DNA of 51,394 bases from Candidatus Gygaella obscura (GTDB lineage: Bacteria > Omnitrophota > Gorgyraeia > Gygaellales > Gygaellaceae). Position numbers and translations under genes: made by a program. This document shows positions 37,093 through 47,937 of the stretch, in pieces. Location of the stretch: assembly GCA_030765485.1 (NCBI GenBank), contig JAVCCR010000010.1:1-51394 (forward strand). Reading direction: 5' to 3'. Position 1 is the first letter of the stretch. The number at the start of each line of letters is the position of its first letter. The notes under the pieces are model-generated. The model searched no databases, had not been told where the DNA came from, and was given only the letters and a program-made list of their open reading frames with translations.

Positions 37093-37692
37093 TTATAAGT
37101 TTTTATATCCTTGAAACGGTACTGCCCCTGAATCCTTTACCAATTCTTTTTTATTTCTCTCGTCCGACAGAATTATTTTTTGCACATGTATTTTAACTGT
37201 AATCGGATCTTCAAGTCTTAATATCTCCTGCAATTTACTTTTGATTAATTCCTGTAGTTTAGTTGTTAATTCCGGAATATTAGTTTCATAGCGAAGCGTG
37301 ATCCTTAAATAAACCTCCAAGGCCTTTTTAGTTTTTACAACATACGGTCGTGATTCTTTTATTTCAAAAATGCTATTGGTTAATCTTTTAATCAAATCCT
37401 CTATGGCCGATAGAGATATAATAACCGGGCCCGATGGGTTATTAAAGGCAATAGAACGCTCTCTTTCGATTTTACCTAAGATAATCTGGGCAAAAACAAT
37501 AGCTACAAATATAAGTATTATCCCCAAAAAGAAAGCGACATACAAGAGATTATTATCCTGAGAGATAAAATTTACAGCATCAGTTATCTGAACAGGTGTA
37601 ATCAATTGCTGTGAAAATGCGATTAATAATGCGCCCACAATACAAAGCGCTGCTGCATAAAAAATAACTCCGACAATAGTCAGAAAACGCAT
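37093..37692 (-). CDS. amaP: AmaP-like alkaline shock response membrane anchor
   Basis: Two TMs; G.V.IS..AIEDL; adjacent to Asp23 gene. Confidence 0.7.
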   Translation of the reverse strand: MRFLTIVGVIFYAAALCIVGALLIAFSQQLITPVQITDAVNFISQDNNLLYVAFFLGIILIFVAIVFAQIILGKIERERSIAFNNPSGPVIISLSAIEDLIKRLTNSIFEIKESRPYVVKTKKALEVYLRITLRYETNIPELTTKLQELIKSKLQEILRLEDPITVKIHVQKIILSDERNKKELVKDSGAVPFQGYKNL

Positions 37693-37693
37693 A

Positions 37694-38047
37694 CTACCTC
37701 CTTTCTAACCCCTTAACAATGACATTGATATCTTTAATATTCACGTCAACTATTTTATCTATTGCTAGACGTGCATTTTCCTGTACCTTTGAAGCAACCT
37801 GGCTTAAATTATAGCCGTATTTTACAATAATGGAAATATTGATAATCACTTCGTTGTTTTTATCAATACTGATTTTTATCCCAGGTTTATATTCTTTATT
37901 AATGATTTTTAACAATTCATCCCCTGGTTTTGTGCATAACGCGCTTACGCCTTCGGTATCAAGTGAAGCAATGGAACAGGTAGAGCTGATTACGTTTTTA
38001 TGAATTTTTATATTACCCAGAGCTGTTTTTGTGGAATCGGGTTTCAT
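37694..38047 (-). CDS. Asp23/Gls24 family protein
   Basis: LG.IKI...VI, IIVKYGY....VA..VQE...INV.V. Confidence 0.85.
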   Translation of the reverse strand: MKPDSTKTALGNIKIHKNVISSTCSIASLDTEGVSALCTKPGDELLKIINKEYKPGIKISIDKNNEVIINISIIVKYGYNLSQVASKVQENARLAIDKIVDVNIKDINVIVKGLERR

Positions 38048-39409
38048 TTAACCTCCCTTTTTTATATCTTCGTTTAGAAAATCTTCTACAAAATGAGTTG
38101 AAATATCTCCCTTTACAAAATAGGGGTTATTTATAAGTTTTAGATGGAAATCAACTGTAGTTTTAATAGGTTCAATGATAAATTCTGATAAAGCTCTGCG
38201 CATTATTTGGATTGCTTCATTACGGTTTCTGCCCCAGACAATGAGTTTTGCCAATAGTGAATCATAATATGGACTAACCTGATAACCCTGGTATATATGT
38301 GAATCTACCCTTACGCCATGGCCGCCAGGCAGATTCAAGAATTCAATTTTTCCCGGACAAGGAACAAAACCATTGGAGAAATCTTCTGCATTTATTCTGC
38401 ATTCAATGGAAACACCGTTTAATTTAATTTTATCTTGGTGGATTTTCAGTTTTTCACCTTTAGCAATTCTGATTTGTTGTTTAATCAAGTCAAATCCGGT
38501 GATCATTTCTGTTACCGGATGTTCCACCTGGATGCGTGTATTCATCTCCATAAAATAAATATTACCTTTTTCATCCATTAAAAACTCAATCGTACCGGCG
38601 TTGGAATAACCCGCTTCTTTTGCTCCTTTTACAGCCAGCTCCCCTAGTTTTTTTCTTAATTTCTCATTAACGGCCGTCGAAGGCGCTTCTTCTAAAAGCT
38701 TCTGGTGTCGTCTTTGAATACTGCAATCTCGTTCTCCCAAATGGATCACATTACCGTATTTATCCGCCAATAGCTGAATTTCAATATGGCGGGGTTTGGC
38801 AATGTATTTTTCAATATATACGCTCGGGTCTCCAAAACAGGCCTCTGCTTCGGCTTGGGCGGTCATAACAGAACTTAATAACGTTACATCATTATGGCAT
38901 ACCCTCATGCCTCTTCCGCCACCGCCTGATGCTGCTTTAATAATCACTGGATAACCGATTTTTTTTGCTATTTTTAAAGCATGATCTTTATCTGTTATTG
39001 CCTGTGTGCTTCCAGGTACAACCGGCAGGCCGGCTTTACGCATAAATTCTTTAGCTGACATCTTATCACCCATAAGCTTAAGATTTTCCGCTGTTGGCCC
39101 GATAAATTCAATATTGCAGGATTTGCATATTTCTGCAAAATGGGCGTTTTCTGCTAAGAAGCCGTATCCGGGGTGTATTGCTTCTACGTCTGCAATTTCC
39201 GCAGCGCTTATAATTGCAGGTATATTAAGATAACTTTGCGCACTTTGTGCTTTTCCAATACAGATTGCTTCATCTGCAAAGCGCACGTGCAGAGAATACC
39301 TGTCTGCCTCAGAATATACGGCAACTGTTTTTATTCCCAGTTCTCTGCAGGCCCGGATGATGCGTAAGGCGATTTCACCTCTATTGGCGATTAGAATTTT
39401 TGAAAACAT
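38048..39409 (-). CDS. accC: Acetyl-CoA carboxylase biotin carboxylase
   Basis: [35 protein letters not shown]. Confidence 0.97.
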   Translation of the reverse strand: MFSKILIANRGEIALRIIRACRELGIKTVAVYSEADRYSLHVRFADEAICIGKAQSAQSYLNIPAIISAAEIADVEAIHPGYGFLAENAHFAEICKSCNIEFIGPTAENLKLMGDKMSAKEFMRKAGLPVVPGSTQAITDKDHALKIAKKIGYPVIIKAASGGGGRGMRVCHNDVTLLSSVMTAQAEAEACFGDPSVYIEKYIAKPRHIEIQLLADKYGNVIHLGERDCSIQRRHQKLLEEAPSTAVNEKLRKKLGELAVKGAKEAGYSNAGTIEFLMDEKGNIYFMEMNTRIQVEHPVTEMITGFDLIKQQIRIAKGEKLKIHQDKIKLNGVSIECRINAEDFSNGFVPCPGKIEFLNLPGGHGVRVDSHIYQGYQVSPYYDSLLAKLIVWGRNRNEAIQIMRRALSEFIIEPIKTTVDFHLKLINNPYFVKGDISTHFVEDFLNEDIKKGG

Positions 39410-39410
39410 T

Positions 39411-39857
39411 TTAAGCAGGCTCAATTAAAAATAGTGGCTGTCCGAATTCTACTGGACGACCGTTTTCTACAAGCATCTCTACGATTTTACCTTTGATTTC
39501 CGTTTTTATTTCATTCATCAGCTTCATAGCTTCGATGATGCACACGATTTGACCTACCTCGATCTTTTCTCCAGCGTCAACAAACGGCGGTGTATCCGGT
39601 GATGGCGCCCTATAAAACGTTCCTACCATGGGAGATTTTATCTGTTCATATTTTTCTTCTTTGATCTTGGTTTCATCCTGAAATTTAACAGCCGCCTGTT
39701 CTATAGATATAGGTGCGCTTGTTTCGACGTTTGAAACTGCTTGCCCCGTGACGCGTTTAAGCTTAATCTTTTGACCGTCTTTTTCGATTTCAATTTCCGA
39801 GAGGTTGTTTTCATTCATCAATGAAATCATCTCTTTAATTTCTTTAATATTTGCCAT
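39411..39857 (-). CDS. accB: Biotin carboxyl carrier protein
   Basis: [16 protein letters not shown]. Confidence 0.97.
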   Translation of the reverse strand: MANIKEIKEMISLMNENNLSEIEIEKDGQKIKLKRVTGQAVSNVETSAPISIEQAAVKFQDETKIKEEKYEQIKSPMVGTFYRAPSPDTPPFVDAGEKIEVGQIVCIIEAMKLMNEIKTEIKGKIVEMLVENGRPVEFGQPLFLIEPA

Positions 39858-39866
39858 TATTTCCTC

Positions 39867-40430
39867 CTAATAAGACCTTTCGATATAGCTTGCAGTTCTT
39901 GTATCGACTTTTATTTTATCTCCCTGATTAATAAATAAAGGCACATTTATAATTGCCCCAGTTTCTATTTCAGCTGGTTTTGTAGCACTTTTGGCAGTGT
40001 CTCCTTTTATTCCGGGCTCTGTGGTTTTAATTTCAAAGACAATAAAATTAGGTAGGTTAATTTTTACCAGTTTTTCCTGGTAGAAATACCCGCTTACATC
40101 AAGATTATCTTTCAGAAATTTTTCTTCACCATCAAAAGAATCTTTCTCGATATGTACTTCTTCAAAGGTATCATTATCCATAAAATAAAAAATGTCATCT
40201 TGAGAGTAAAGAAACTGTAATTTTTTTTCATCTATATAGGCTTCCTGGATCTTATCATTGGCTCTATAAGTGCGTTCTAGTACAGCGCCGGTTTTTAGAT
40301 TCTTTATTTTTACTCTTGTAAAAGCTGCGCCTTTGCCGGGTTTAATATGATCAGCACTGATAATTACATAAGGAGCGCCATTAAGTTCGATGGTAAGACC
40401 GTTTTTTAACTCATTTATTGAAATTACCAC
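39867..40430 (-). CDS. efp: Elongation factor P
   Basis: KPGKG loop, PGIKGDT, VPLFI..GD.IKVDTR. Confidence 0.97.
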   Translation of the reverse strand: MVISINELKNGLTIELNGAPYVIISADHIKPGKGAAFTRVKIKNLKTGAVLERTYRANDKIQEAYIDEKKLQFLYSQDDIFYFMDNDTFEEVHIEKDSFDGEEKFLKDNLDVSGYFYQEKLVKINLPNFIVFEIKTTEPGIKGDTAKSATKPAEIETGAIINVPLFINQGDKIKVDTRTASYIERSY

Positions 40431-41472
40431 TTAAAACTTCGCATCCTTTCTTAGTCACAACTACTACGTCCTCAATCCTTATACCGAATTTATTCGGAAA
40501 ATATAATCCAGGCTCAACAGTAAATACCATACCTTGTTTAAGGATTTGGTTATTTCTGGAATTTACGAATGGTGCTTCATGAATCTCTAATCCTATTCCA
40601 TGCCCTAAGCTATGCAGGAAATTCTTTTGAAGTCTGTGTTTTTTAAAGAAGTTCCTAGCAAAAGCATCAATTTCACAAGCACTTATGCCTGGTTTTATAT
40701 TTGCAATAGCCAGTTTTTGCGCTTGTTGTACTAACTTATAGAGCTTATTGAAATTAGGAGTTATTTTACCCAAAAACCAGGTCCTTGTCAAGTCAGATTT
40801 ATACTGTTTTTTTGTAATCCCCATATCAATAAGCAGAGGGATATTATTTTTTATAATTGTTTTATTTGCAATATGATGTGGTTGGCTAGAATTTTTACCA
40901 GCTGCAACTATGGGTTCAAATGATAGGCTTAACCCTTCGGATAAAGCACGTTTAGTTATAAAGCTTGTTATGTTCTGTTCGTTTTCTCCAATACAGACTT
41001 TTTGTTTGGCAAGCTTGAATATGCTTATATTTGTTTTAATTGCCTGTTTTAAAAGCCTTATCTCTGAGGCATCTTTTATTATTCTTAAATTTTCTATGAG
41101 ATTTATCGTAGGGCAAAGATAGATATTTTTTAAAAGCGCAGCACGTAATTTTTCAAACAGAAAAAAAGAAACATTCTTGGACTCAAAACCGATTCGTTTG
41201 AGTTTAAATTCATTGCAGAGCTGTTTTAAACTTGTTGCAATATCTTTATCGATTAACCTTGCTTGGATATATTTTTTATCAGTTAATTTGCTGATTTGTT
41301 CGTAGTATCTTTTGTCTGTGAGGATAAAGGATTTTTTTCTGCTGATTAACATAAAACAATCAGTAGAATAATATCCGCTTAAGTAGTAAATATTTGCGGA
41401 AGAACTGATAAACAATGCATCTATATGCTTGATCTCAAGCACATGTAAAAGCTTGTTTATTCTTGAAGGCAT
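40411..41472 (-). CDS. Xaa-Pro peptidase (M24)
   Basis: SDLTRT, HSLGHGIGLEIHE, TVEPGLY, GIRIED. Confidence 0.9.
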   Translation of the reverse strand: MPSRINKLLHVLEIKHIDALFISSSANIYYLSGYYSTDCFMLISRKKSFILTDKRYYEQISKLTDKKYIQARLIDKDIATSLKQLCNEFKLKRIGFESKNVSFFLFEKLRAALLKNIYLCPTINLIENLRIIKDASEIRLLKQAIKTNISIFKLAKQKVCIGENEQNITSFITKRALSEGLSLSFEPIVAAGKNSSQPHHIANKTIIKNNIPLLIDMGITKKQYKSDLTRTWFLGKITPNFNKLYKLVQQAQKLAIANIKPGISACEIDAFARNFFKKHRLQKNFLHSLGHGIGLEIHEAPFVNSRNNQILKQGMVFTVEPGLYFPNKFGIRIEDVVVVTKKGCEVLSGNFNK

Positions 41473-41474
41473 AA

Positions 41475-41927
41475 TTACTTCTGTATTAAATTAGCAGCAG
41501 CTTTCAATCCTAAAAGATAGCTTTGTATGCCAAAACCGGCAATCTGTCCTTTGGCCACAGGTGAAATAAGTGAGGTTTTCCTGAATTCTTCCCTTGCGTA
41601 GATATTGGATAAATGTACCTCTACCGTAGGCAAACCGCATGCTGATATTGCATCCCTTATGGCAACGCTTGTATGAGTATAGGCTGCAGGATTGATTACA
41701 ATAGCGTCAAATTCCTTAGAGGAATTCCCGATTGCATCAACAATCTCACCTTCGTGGTTTGAATTGATTATCTCAACGCTTAGATTCAGCTGTTCGGCTT
41801 GCTGTTTGATTTGATCATTGATTTGCTCTAAAGTAAAACTGCCGTAAATATCAGGTTCTCTTTTGCCTAACAGGTCTAAATTTGGACCATGCAAAATGAG
41901 TATTTTCTTTTCTTTGATGTTTTTCAT
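41475..41927 (-). CDS. aroQ: Type II 3-dehydroquinate dehydratase
   Basis: [30 protein letters not shown]...RE.FR. Confidence 0.95.
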   Translation of the reverse strand: MKNIKEKKILILHGPNLDLLGKREPDIYGSFTLEQINDQIKQQAEQLNLSVEIINSNHEGEIVDAIGNSSKEFDAIVINPAAYTHTSVAIRDAISACGLPTVEVHLSNIYAREEFRKTSLISPVAKGQIAGFGIQSYLLGLKAAANLIQK

Positions 41928-41936
41928 ACCTATCCT

Positions 41937-42092
41937 TTATTTTTCAGCTTCATCAACGAGCATAACAGGAATACCGTCTTTAATCGGATACTTCAATCCG
42001 CACTTTTTACAGATTATTTTTCCCTCTTTTTCCTCAACTTCACCCTTGCAGGCTGGGCATATTAAAATATCCATAAGTTCTTTATCGATCAT
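41937..42092 (-). CDS. Trm112/YcaR family protein (not in ORF track)
   Basis: MIDKELMDILICPACKG...CKKCGLKYPIKDGIPVMLVDEAEK. Confidence 0.9.
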   Translation of the reverse strand: MIDKELMDILICPACKGEVEEKEGKIICKKCGLKYPIKDGIPVMLVDEAEK

Positions 42093-42430
42093 TTGTTCTC
42101 CTTTCCTGCTGCAGTAGAATAACTCATCTGAAGACCATAAATTAAATCAGAAAGAAGTTTTTCCTCTTCCTGTGTAAGGTTACCTTTTGTTTTTAGTTTT
42201 AGGATATCCAGTACATCAATAATAAATTTTGCCTGGGGTAAATTTGTCTCTTTTTTATTATCCACCGGGTTAGGGACTTCTCCCAAGGCAATTGTTGCCT
42301 GCATGGCTAAAGTTGTGATGAAAAATTTAAAATCAGCTTGAAAGTCTTTTGGTATCTCTTGAGCGGTCTCATTTTTTTCTTGGGCTGCTTTTTCCTTCCA
42401 TGATTCGTCTATTTTTCTTTCGTTTTCCAT
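42089..42430 (-). CDS. DUF1844 family protein
   Basis: A.IALGE.PNP, AKF.ID.L.IL..KTKGNL..EE. Confidence 0.85.
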   Translation of the reverse strand: MENERKIDESWKEKAAQEKNETAQEIPKDFQADFKFFITTLAMQATIALGEVPNPVDNKKETNLPQAKFIIDVLDILKLKTKGNLTQEEEKLLSDLIYGLQMSYSTAAGKENK

Positions 42431-42432
42431 GA

Positions 42433-43257
42433 TTAGTTCCTTTCTATTATTATTCCTGCATAACCTACTGCACTTGATTGATCTTTAGTTATACTTGCAC
42501 TTGTATCATAGGTTACTAATTGTGCTTTTTTTGCACCTAATTCTTTTACGCTTTTAAGCATTATGATTGCCGGGATATATCCACACATGGAGATATCAAA
42601 TTCCTGAACTACATCAAAAAGAGCCTGCTCATCAAGTTTTAGGATTTCATCAATTGCAGCTTTATCTTTTTTTTCTACCGAGGCCCTGCTTTCCATATGA
42701 GTCATATCAGAGCTGACAATAATCAAGATATCGTTTACCCTGCCGTTTTTTTTCAGTGTTTTCGCTAAATCAACCGCCAGAGTAATAAAATCTTCAAAAT
42801 TATTGCTTAATCCGGCAACAATCGGTACTATTTCTACGTCTGCTTTTAAAAACTGCAAAAACGGTAGAATTACTTCAATTGAATGCTCGTATCTATGCGC
42901 TAGTATATCCGGTTCTAACAAAGAACAATTTTTTATTAAATCTTTTGCCAGAAGATGGTCAATTTTTACATCCCCTAACGGTGTTTGCCATTTACCTTCA
43001 GCAAACACGCTAAATTTTTTACCCATACCTGTATGGTTAGGGCCAATAATTATACAGGTATTTTTTATCTCAACTTCAGATATGGTTTTACCTGCGACTT
43101 TCCCTGAATATACGTAACCTGCATGAGGCAAAATACAACCCAGGCAATCTTTTTTCTGGTTACTGTCTGTAACCAAATCTTTTAACATACTGCTTAACTT
43201 GTCTTTTTCGCCTGGGTAAAATTTTCCGGCAACTACAGGATACCTAACTATAACCAT
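42433..43257 (-). CDS. amrB: MEMO1 family / AmmeMemoRadiSam protein B
   Basis: R.P.VAG.FYP, PHAGY.YSG, GPNH, EHS.EV, SSDMTH, SMCG. Confidence 0.9.
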   Translation of the reverse strand: MVIVRYPVVAGKFYPGEKDKLSSMLKDLVTDSNQKKDCLGCILPHAGYVYSGKVAGKTISEVEIKNTCIIIGPNHTGMGKKFSVFAEGKWQTPLGDVKIDHLLAKDLIKNCSLLEPDILAHRYEHSIEVILPFLQFLKADVEIVPIVAGLSNNFEDFITLAVDLAKTLKKNGRVNDILIIVSSDMTHMESRASVEKKDKAAIDEILKLDEQALFDVVQEFDISMCGYIPAIIMLKSVKELGAKKAQLVTYDTSASITKDQSSAVGYAGIIIERN

Positions 43258-43272
43258 AACAAATAGTAATAA

Positions 43273-43437
43273 TTATTTTCTTTTTTTGCTGTGTTTTTTA
43301 CGTTTTTTTTCGCTTGGCTTCTGGTAGTGCTGTCTTTCCCGCAGTTCCCGTAAAATACCCTCTTTATCTGTTTCACGCTTAAATTTACGTAAAGCTGATT
43401 CAAATGATTCTTTATTACGAATATGTATCTCTGGCAT
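43273..43437 (-). CDS. rpsU: 30S ribosomal protein S21 (not in ORF track)
   Basis: MPEIHIRNKESFESALRKFKRETDKEGILRELRERQHYQKPSEKKRKK. Confidence 0.95.
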   Translation of the reverse strand: MPEIHIRNKESFESALRKFKRETDKEGILRELRERQHYQKPSEKKRKKHSKKRK

Positions 43438-43510
43438 ATTTCATCTCCTTTTGGTACAACAATATACCACTAAACATCTGAGCTGTCAAATAGAGCTTAA
43501 AATGGCTAAT

Positions 43511-44176
43511 TTATTGGGATTCAAAGGAAATTATCACGTTAAAACTAAGAATTTCCGTATTCAGTTTTTTGGGAAATCTTGGAAAAGGGCTTGCGTCCTG
43601 AAGGCTTAAAATTGCGATATTACGCAGTGACGCAGAGTTTGAAGAAAAGGAATCTTTTATTCTGAAGTCTACCAATGTGCCGTCCTTATTTACAATAAAA
43701 TATATGTGCACTTCCCCAATATCTGAAACGTTGTAGTTGTCATAAGCAGCCTGTTTGATCTTACCGCGGATAGAATGATAATAGTCTTTGTATCCGGGAA
43801 GGTTTTGTTGAATATTTTCAATTTCAGCCAAACTGACATTTTTAGTTAAGCTGGATATGTTATCAATCGACTTAAGCGGTTTAGACAATTTTGTTTTGGA
43901 TACATCCAGTTTCTTACTTTCCAGCATTGTAGGTTTAATGTTTTTATTATTTGTATTTATTGGCTTTGATTCAGGGGATTTTCTACTTTTTACAAGCGTA
44001 TGTTCTTTAAATATTTTCTTTGGAACAATTTTGATATATTTGATCTTTAAAGGCTTTTTTACTTTTATCTTTTTTCTTTCCACATCGATACTGGGCATAC
44101 TTAGGAAAATAACCACATGGATCAATATTGAAATTATAAGCGCATTTTTAAAAAAGTTATCCTTTTGTGATTTCAT
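43511..44176 (-). CDS. TonB/TolA C-terminal domain protein
   Basis: SILIH TM, Lys/Pro-rich linker, GEV.I.F.V.KDG...ASPFP.FP. Confidence 0.75.
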   Translation of the reverse strand: MKSQKDNFFKNALIISILIHVVIFLSMPSIDVERKKIKVKKPLKIKYIKIVPKKIFKEHTLVKSRKSPESKPINTNNKNIKPTMLESKKLDVSKTKLSKPLKSIDNISSLTKNVSLAEIENIQQNLPGYKDYYHSIRGKIKQAAYDNYNVSDIGEVHIYFIVNKDGTLVDFRIKDSFSSNSASLRNIAILSLQDASPFPRFPKKLNTEILSFNVIISFESQ

Positions 44177-44177
44177 G

Positions 44178-44651
44178 CTAATTGACCAGTTTTGTATAGG
44201 TCATAAGTCCTAATAACGTGAGTGTTGTTACTATACCTGCAGCAAGCAATATTCCGCAGAATATTCCCACAAAGGCTCTGCGCAGTCTCATTTTCAAAAG
44301 GGTTGCGGCAACACATCCAGTCCAGGCGCCAGTAACAGGCAAAGGTATGCCTACAAAAAGAATCAAGCCCAAAAGTTCGTATTTTTCTATAAGTCTTGAC
44401 CTTTTTTCAGTTCTTTTAAACAACCAATCGAAAAATCTTTTTAAGATTGGGATATTTTCCCTACACCAATTAGATACAGGGGTAAGCAGTATGAGAATCG
44501 GAACAACTACCGCTATATTGCCTAAGACAGAAAGTAAAATTACTTTTAGAATCTCTTCTTTACCTAAAAGCTTTACTCCTAAAGGTATTGCCAAACGCAG
44601 TTCCGCAACCGGCAATGCTGCAGTAAAAAATACCATCAATTCATGCGTCAT
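44178..44651 (-). CDS. Small multi-drug export family protein (COG2426-like)
   Basis: LPVAELR.AIP, FVGIPLPVTGAWTG. Confidence 0.85.
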   Translation of the reverse strand: MTHELMVFFTAALPVAELRLAIPLGVKLLGKEEILKVILLSVLGNIAVVVPILILLTPVSNWCRENIPILKRFFDWLFKRTEKRSRLIEKYELLGLILFVGIPLPVTGAWTGCVAATLLKMRLRRAFVGIFCGILLAAGIVTTLTLLGLMTYTKLVN

Positions 44652-45286
44652 TATGTATAATCTCCTTTTAAAGGCACAAAGGAACAGGCGTAGTTTCTTT
44701 GGATAATCACTTTATTATTTTCTTTTTTTATAATTGTAATTATCTGATTGAACCTTTCACCTACGGGGATAACCATAATACCGGCATCATTCAGTTCTGT
44801 TATTAAAAGCTCTGGCACTTTTGTTGCTGCCGCGCTAACAATGATTTTATCAAATTTTAAACCTTGGCCCCAACCGCAGGAACCATCACCTATTTTGTAC
44901 TCAATATTAGTTAGCCCCTGGTCTTCAAGGGTCTGTTTGGCCTGATGCTGCAATTTTGCAATAAGCTCTATTGTATAAACTTTATCGACTAAATTTGCTA
45001 AAAGCGCTGTTTCATAACCAGAGCCAGTACCGATCTCTAAAATACAATCGTCCTTTTTTAAATCAAGAAGTTGTATCATTAAAGCTACGATATAAGGTTG
45101 GGATATGGTTTGCTCTTCAGCGATAGGCAAAGGATTATCAGCATAGCTTGCAAGGTGAAGCTTCTCAGGTACAAAAAGTTCTCTTTTAACTTTTAAAAAT
45201 GCAGTAAGCAAATTTTCAGAAGTTATATTCCTTGCTGCCAGCTGTAATTCAACCATTTGTTTACGCTGATTTTCGAAATCGGTCAT
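44651..45286 (-). CDS. pcm: Protein-L-isoaspartate O-methyltransferase
   Basis: QTISQPY, LEIGTGSGY, FDKIIV.AA, FVPL. Confidence 0.93.
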   Translation of the reverse strand: MTDFENQRKQMVELQLAARNITSENLLTAFLKVKRELFVPEKLHLASYADNPLPIAEEQTISQPYIVALMIQLLDLKKDDCILEIGTGSGYETALLANLVDKVYTIELIAKLQHQAKQTLEDQGLTNIEYKIGDGSCGWGQGLKFDKIIVSAAATKVPELLITELNDAGIMVIPVGERFNQIITIIKKENNKVIIQRNYACSFVPLKGDYT

Positions 45287-45955
45287 TTATTTAGTGAAAT
45301 ATTCTTTGATTATAAATTTAATGAATCGGAACGTATCAATAAAAGGATTTATCTGGCTTTTTTCTCCAGCATATATAGTTTGAATTGGAATTGATTTTAT
45401 TTTATATTTTAAGCGGGATGATTTTATCAAGATTTCGGATTCAATTTCATATTTTTTGCTGGATAAATCAATTTTTCTTATGAACGAACATTTTATAAGT
45501 CTAAACCCGCATTGTGAATCAGGAATATTTTGTCTACAGACAAAAGAGATAAGATTAGACATAATTCTATTGGTGAGTATCCTGAGAATAGGCATGTTGC
45601 GCACTTCAAACATACGGTTACCCACAACAATACCAGTTTCGTTATCGTTAAAACCCGTATCAATCAGCATCTGTATGTCTTTTGGGTTATGTTGCCCGTC
45701 TCCATCCATGGTGATGACTGCATCATAATTATTATGCGTTGCGTATTTAAAACCCTGTCTTAAGGCAATACCTTTACCTAAATTTATATTATTGGAAATT
45801 ACATGTGCTCCTTCTGATTTTGCGATTTGAGAAGTCTTATCATGCGAACCGTCATCGACTACAAGGACATCAAGAGCGATCTTTTTTATTTCTCTTATAA
45901 GACCGCCAATAGCCTTTTCTTCGTTAAGCGTGGGTATGATTACGCAGATTTTCAT
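45287..45955 (-). CDS. GT2 glycosyltransferase (DPM synthase-like)
   Basis: VVDDGS.D, N.GKG.AL, MDGDGQH, DSQCGFR. Confidence 0.9.
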   Translation of the reverse strand: MKICVIIPTLNEEKAIGGLIREIKKIALDVLVVDDGSHDKTSQIAKSEGAHVISNNINLGKGIALRQGFKYATHNNYDAVITMDGDGQHNPKDIQMLIDTGFNDNETGIVVGNRMFEVRNMPILRILTNRIMSNLISFVCRQNIPDSQCGFRLIKCSFIRKIDLSSKKYEIESEILIKSSRLKYKIKSIPIQTIYAGEKSQINPFIDTFRFIKFIIKEYFTK

Positions 45956-46811
45956 TATCAATCCAAAATTGTCTAAACATAAACCATTGTTCGGGATTTT
46001 GCTTTATTCTTTTTTCTAATATTCTTACGATTGATTCGGTTATTCTTTTTACATCACCTTCAAAATCATCTGTTGGCTGGAAGCTCAAAGGTTCTTCTAC
46101 TACCAGCTCAACCTTGTTGTTTTTTTTCATATAGCTGAAAACAGGAACTATCGCCGCGCCGGTTTTTAATGCCAGAGTTGCTGGTCCTTTAGGTATAAGC
46201 GTAGGCATATTAAAGAAATCAGTCACCAGACCTGCGTTTGTGAAATCCCTGTCTGCTACAAGGGCGATACATTCGTTGTTCTTTAAGGTCCTCATACATT
46301 CAAAAGCAGCCCTTTTTATCTGTGCCACTCTTACATTACCCACTGCCCTTAGGTTGTTAAAAAAATCGTTTACTTCTGTTTGATCATGAGAAAGCGCAAT
46401 GGCCAGCAGTTTATAACCGGAAAGTGAGGTAATTACTCCTCCTAACTCCCAATTGCCAATATGGGCTGTTGTTAGAATTACTCCCTTACCCGCTTTTAAC
46501 GCCTTATCGAGAATATGCCTATTGGTAATTTTTGCTTTTTTTACAATCTCTTCCTTTGTCTGGGTCGATAGCCTTAAAAAATCCACCAGATAATGGCCGA
46601 AATTTGCGAATACGCGCCAGGTGATAAATTCTCTTTTAAATGAATTTACTTCAGGAATAATCACCTTCAGGTTATTTCTTACTGAGCGTCTGTCTTTTAT
46701 TGAAACAACATACTGCAGGCTTGAAAGTATCCCAGCAATGCAATAAGTTATAACTAAAGGAAAATGCGCTACTATGAACTGACCGATTTTATAAATTGTG
46801 TAATTACCCAT
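45924..46811 (-). CDS. Lipid A / glycolipid acyltransferase (LpxL/PatA family)
   Basis: GKGVIL.TAHIGNWE, DRD, FF, GPA.LA..TGA, PEQWF. Confidence 0.85.
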   Translation of the reverse strand: MGNYTIYKIGQFIVAHFPLVITYCIAGILSSLQYVVSIKDRRSVRNNLKVIIPEVNSFKREFITWRVFANFGHYLVDFLRLSTQTKEEIVKKAKITNRHILDKALKAGKGVILTTAHIGNWELGGVITSLSGYKLLAIALSHDQTEVNDFFNNLRAVGNVRVAQIKRAAFECMRTLKNNECIALVADRDFTNAGLVTDFFNMPTLIPKGPATLALKTGAAIVPVFSYMKKNNKVELVVEEPLSFQPTDDFEGDVKRITESIVRILEKRIKQNPEQWFMFRQFWIDNENLRNHTHA

Positions 46812-46816
46812 AAAAA

Positions 46817-47935
46817 TTAAAATGAATCAATAGTTAACCTTGCTATTTCCATTGCTGAATCTGGATGAGATGCATCTTTGGCTGAATTGGATAAATTCAA
46901 AAGAGCCTGTTTATTTTTTAAAAGCGTATTGATTATTCCGGGAATCCTTTTTATGTGCCCTATTTTTACTGCAGCCTTGATGGACAAAAGATGCTGACTG
47001 TTGTATTCTTCTTGTCCTGGTAAGGGGTTTACAATTAACATAGGTAATTTCATCGTCAAGGCCTCGGCTGTGGTGATGCCGCCGGGCTTAGTAATTACCA
47101 AATCAGACGCATACATAAGCTCTTCGATATTATTGATAAAACCAAAAGGAAAGATTTTTTTCTGGAGCCTATTTTGAATCTTGCACAGCCACTTGAAAAG
47201 TTTTTTATTACTACCGGCAACTACAACAATCTGGAATTTAACAGGGGTTTTTATCAAGAGGCTTATGATTGCTTTTATCGGACCAATACCCTGACCTCCA
47301 CCCATAACCAGGATGCTTGGTTTCTCAAGTTCAAGGCCTATTTTTGCTTTTATGCTTTTTTTATCAAGTGTAGTATTAAACTTCGGATCAATAGGTATAC
47401 CAAAAGGTTTAATGCGTTCTTCTTCTATGCCTTTTTGAATCAAGGTTCTTTTTACAACCTGGTCCGGACAAACATAGTAATCTACATTGTCATATATCCA
47501 GAATGAATGAGCGATATAATCAGTTAAAACAGCAATAAGCTTAAAGTTAAGATTGTATTTTTTCTTAAAATCCGCCATCATCCCGCAAGGAAAAGCCTGG
47601 GTACAAATAATCACATCGGCCTCAAAATTATCATAAAGCTTTTTAAGCTTTTTGAAATTCATACTATGGACAATTTTTTTATAACGATTGAGCGCTTTTA
47701 CTACCTGGGGATTATCATATAAATAATCCCAGATGCTGGGGATACGCTTTAAGATACTCATATAAAGCGAATTGATGATTTTTTCCGATATGGGATTGGT
47801 GTAATTGAAGGCGTTTATGCTTAATGTCTGGATTGCCGGATCAGTCTGTTTTAATGCATTTTCAATGGCCTCAGTTGCTTTTTTATGACCTGACACATTA
47901 GAGATATGCAGTAATAATACTTTTTTTACGCTCAT
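46817..47935 (-). CDS. MGDG synthase / UgtP-like diacylglycerol glycosyltransferase
   Basis: SGHKKA, VLTDY..H..W, GIPI, MGGGQG, ITKPGG.T..EAL, PGQE..N. Confidence 0.85.
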   Translation of the reverse strand: MSVKKVLLLHISNVSGHKKATEAIENALKQTDPAIQTLSINAFNYTNPISEKIINSLYMSILKRIPSIWDYLYDNPQVVKALNRYKKIVHSMNFKKLKKLYDNFEADVIICTQAFPCGMMADFKKKYNLNFKLIAVLTDYIAHSFWIYDNVDYYVCPDQVVKRTLIQKGIEEERIKPFGIPIDPKFNTTLDKKSIKAKIGLELEKPSILVMGGGQGIGPIKAIISLLIKTPVKFQIVVVAGSNKKLFKWLCKIQNRLQKKIFPFGFINNIEELMYASDLVITKPGGITTAEALTMKLPMLIVNPLPGQEEYNSQHLLSIKAAVKIGHIKRIPGIINTLLKNKQALLNLSNSAKDASHPDSAMEIARLTIDSF

Positions 47936-47937
47936 AG

